Below are positions 48,439 to 50,246 of a stretch of 50,246 nt of DNA, piece by piece. Location: positions 90,288,231-90,338,476 of the forward strand of contig NC_068990.1 of assembly GCF_001194135.2 (NCBI RefSeq). The letters run 5' to 3'. The first letter of the stretch is position 1; every line of letters begins with the position of its first letter. The notes under the pieces are model-generated. The model had not been told where the DNA came from and ran no database searches. It was given only the letters and a program-made list of their open reading frames with translations. This DNA comes from Octopus bimaculoides (taxonomy: Eukaryota). The position numbers were made by a program, and so were the translations under genes.

Positions 48439-49807
48439 NNNNNNNNNNNNNNNNNNNNNNNNNNNNNNNNNNNNNNNNNNNNNNNNNNNNNNNNNNNNNN
48501 NNNNNNNNNNNNNNNNNNNNNNNNNNNNNNNNNNNNNNNNNNNNNNNNNNNNNNNNNNNNNNNNNNNNNNNNNNNNNNNNNNNNNNNNNNNNNNNNNNNN
48601 NNNNNNNNNNNNNNNNNNNNNNNNNNNNNNNNNNNNNNNNNNNNNNNNNNNNNNNNNNNNNNNNNNNNNNNNNNNNNNNNNNNNNNNNNNNNNNNNNNNN
48701 NNNNNNNNNNNNNNNNNNNNNNNNNNNNNNNNNNNNNNNNNNNNNNNNNNNNNNNNNNNNNNNNNNNNNNNNNNNNNNNNNNNNNNNNNNNNNNNNNNNN
48801 NNNNNNNNNNNNNNNNNNNNNNNNNNNNNNNNNNNNNNNNNNNNNNNNNNNNNNNNNNNNNNNNNNNNNNNNNNNNNNNNNNNNNNNNNNNNNNNNNNNN
48901 NNNNNNNNNNNNNNNNNNNNNNNNNNNNNNNNNNNNNNNNNNNNNNNNNNNNNNNNNNNNNNNNNNNNNNNNNNNNNNNNNNNNNNNNNNNNNNNNNNNN
49001 NNNNNNNNNNNNNNNNNNNNNNNNNNNNNNNNNNNNNNNNNNNNNNNNNNNNNNNNNNNNNACACACATTCTAATTTTACGTGATAAATAAATGTTAAAC
49101 TGGTAATTACTTATTCACCATTTTGGAAATAGACGGAAATTAAAATCTCTTCGCTGATAGCCTCATTTGTCATTCGATCTGTGGACGGAAGAACGGCTTT
49201 CATCACTTTCCTTACCTTATCACACAACCTTGAATATTGTTACTAGATAAGCTCACGGCCTTGCTTTGCTTTCTTAACTCAGTTAGCAAGCGTCTTAGTC
49301 GTCGAAGAGTCGCCTTATTCCCAATCTATATTGTCGGTGTTAATCTCGAGGGATAAAAACGTTAAGATATTGACGAAATGTTCAACAGAGGTGCGGATAT
49401 TTGAATTTAGCCATAGATTACATTTGCACCAAATGTTTATACGCACAAATACACACACACATATGAGCGCGTACACATAGACACACACTTTTACGCATTC
49501 CCTTGTGGGTGTTCCAGTGTGCCTTTGTTTTTTAACAGTCTGCGACGGTCAGACATTCTTTTACAGTTCGCGTTGCGCCGGTAGCTATCCCAAACGATAT
49601 CCGCTTGCAAATTCGGCTGATAAACAAAATACATATACCATGTATGTGCGATGGTTAATATATATATCGATATAATTAATTCAATAATAGGATAAAATCT
49701 TTTACAAGAATTTTATCAAGTGGCTAGCTTGAAAAAACTCGTATGGGGAAAATCCATCATTATCCCTAGAATATATTCCGTAGAATATATTCCCTAGAAT
49801 ATTCCCC

Positions 49808-49887
49808 TACAGAGATACCTGCAGAGAAGCCTGCACTAAACATGGACTACTGGAGGACGATGCTCACTGGGACCAGACACTGGAGGA
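49808..49887 (+). mobile_element. Helitron RepHel coding fragment, cut by a gap
   Basis: Reads YRDTCREACTKHGLLEDDAHWDQTLE(E), matching the conserved TxREACxxxGLLxDDxHWxxTLxEA segment between the Rep and PIF1 helicase domains. Confidence 0.85.
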
Positions 49888-49915
49888 NNNNNNNNNNACA
49901 TATATAACTAGGATA

Positions 49916-50079
49916 GAGACATACAGGCAAAAATGCTAGTTCTCAAATCTCTTGAAGAGCTCAACGCAGTAGTTGTACTGACAAGCAATATGAGTGGCTA
50001 TGAATATTGCTTGTCAGTACAACTACTGCGTTGATGTCTTCAAGAGATTTGAGAACTAGTATTTTTGCTTGTATGTCTC
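49916..50079. repeat. 164-bp near-perfect inverted repeat
   Basis: 76-bp arms (49916-49991 and 50004-50079), 12-nt loop, 72/76 Watson-Crick pairs, 2 G-T wobbles, 2 mismatches. Confidence 0.93.
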
Positions 50080-50142
<63 letters not shown>

Positions 50143-50246
50143 CCATATGTATGTATGTATTTCGATACAAATACTTTTGTGTATAAATGCGTGTATATAT
50201 GTATGTGTTCATAGCTATGTATACATATGTATTTTACACGCACACA

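Larger units (their letters stand above)
3889..49897. other. 17 assembly gaps (N-runs), about 4.7 kb total
   Basis: N-runs at 3889-4412, 6447-6466, 8086-8788, 9334-9835, 10926-10935, 17206-17256, 22394-22419, 24163-24705, 26337-26346, 28016-28057, 31324-31460, 32166-33085, 33686-33720, 36346-36503, 39025-39382, 48439-49061, 49888-49897. Almost all abut (TA)n, (CA)n or (GA)n tracts. Confidence 0.99.

Noticed and set aside
3760-49091. Long ORFs of 150-411 aa in the track (e.g. 31862..33097, 8081..8947, 48241..49074, 38813..39964)
   Set aside because: They consist of X from N-gaps plus YI/CV/HT dipeptide repeats from microsatellites.
1-50246. CRISPR array, prophage, operon or rRNA gene
   Set aside because: The window is eukaryotic repeat-rich DNA with no repeat-spacer array, no dense intact ORFs and no rRNA-like sequence.

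Overview
AT-rich, microsatellite-dense animal DNA from a gapped short-read scaffold (17 N-gaps, about 4.7 kb). The tRNA-headed SINE families and repeat landscape match what I recall of Octopus genomes; this taxon call is inference, not a database hit. I recognise no intact protein-coding gene. Nearly all ORFs in the supplied track come from microsatellites, N-runs or antisense shadows. Supported content: (i) more than 20 SINE copies or fragments from about six families, two with clear target-site duplications; (ii) three R4/Dong-type non-LTR retrotransposon relics, one embedded in a trinucleotide microsatellite; (iii) a Helitron RepHel peptide fragment; (iv) two long near-perfect hairpins (288 bp and 164 bp); (v) a Penelope-type terminal repeat with a minimal hammerhead-like fold; (vi) an Illumina adapter remnant and a duplicated gap flank, both likely assembly artefacts. 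The most unexplained region is 21.9-23.75 kb: two diverged plus-strand paralogous reading frames with ankyrin/PRANC-like character flank a decayed minus-strand ORF. Several strong splice-site pairs, mostly on the minus strand, suggest the window may be intronic to a long minus-strand transcript starting near 49.3-49.6 kb; this is unproven.
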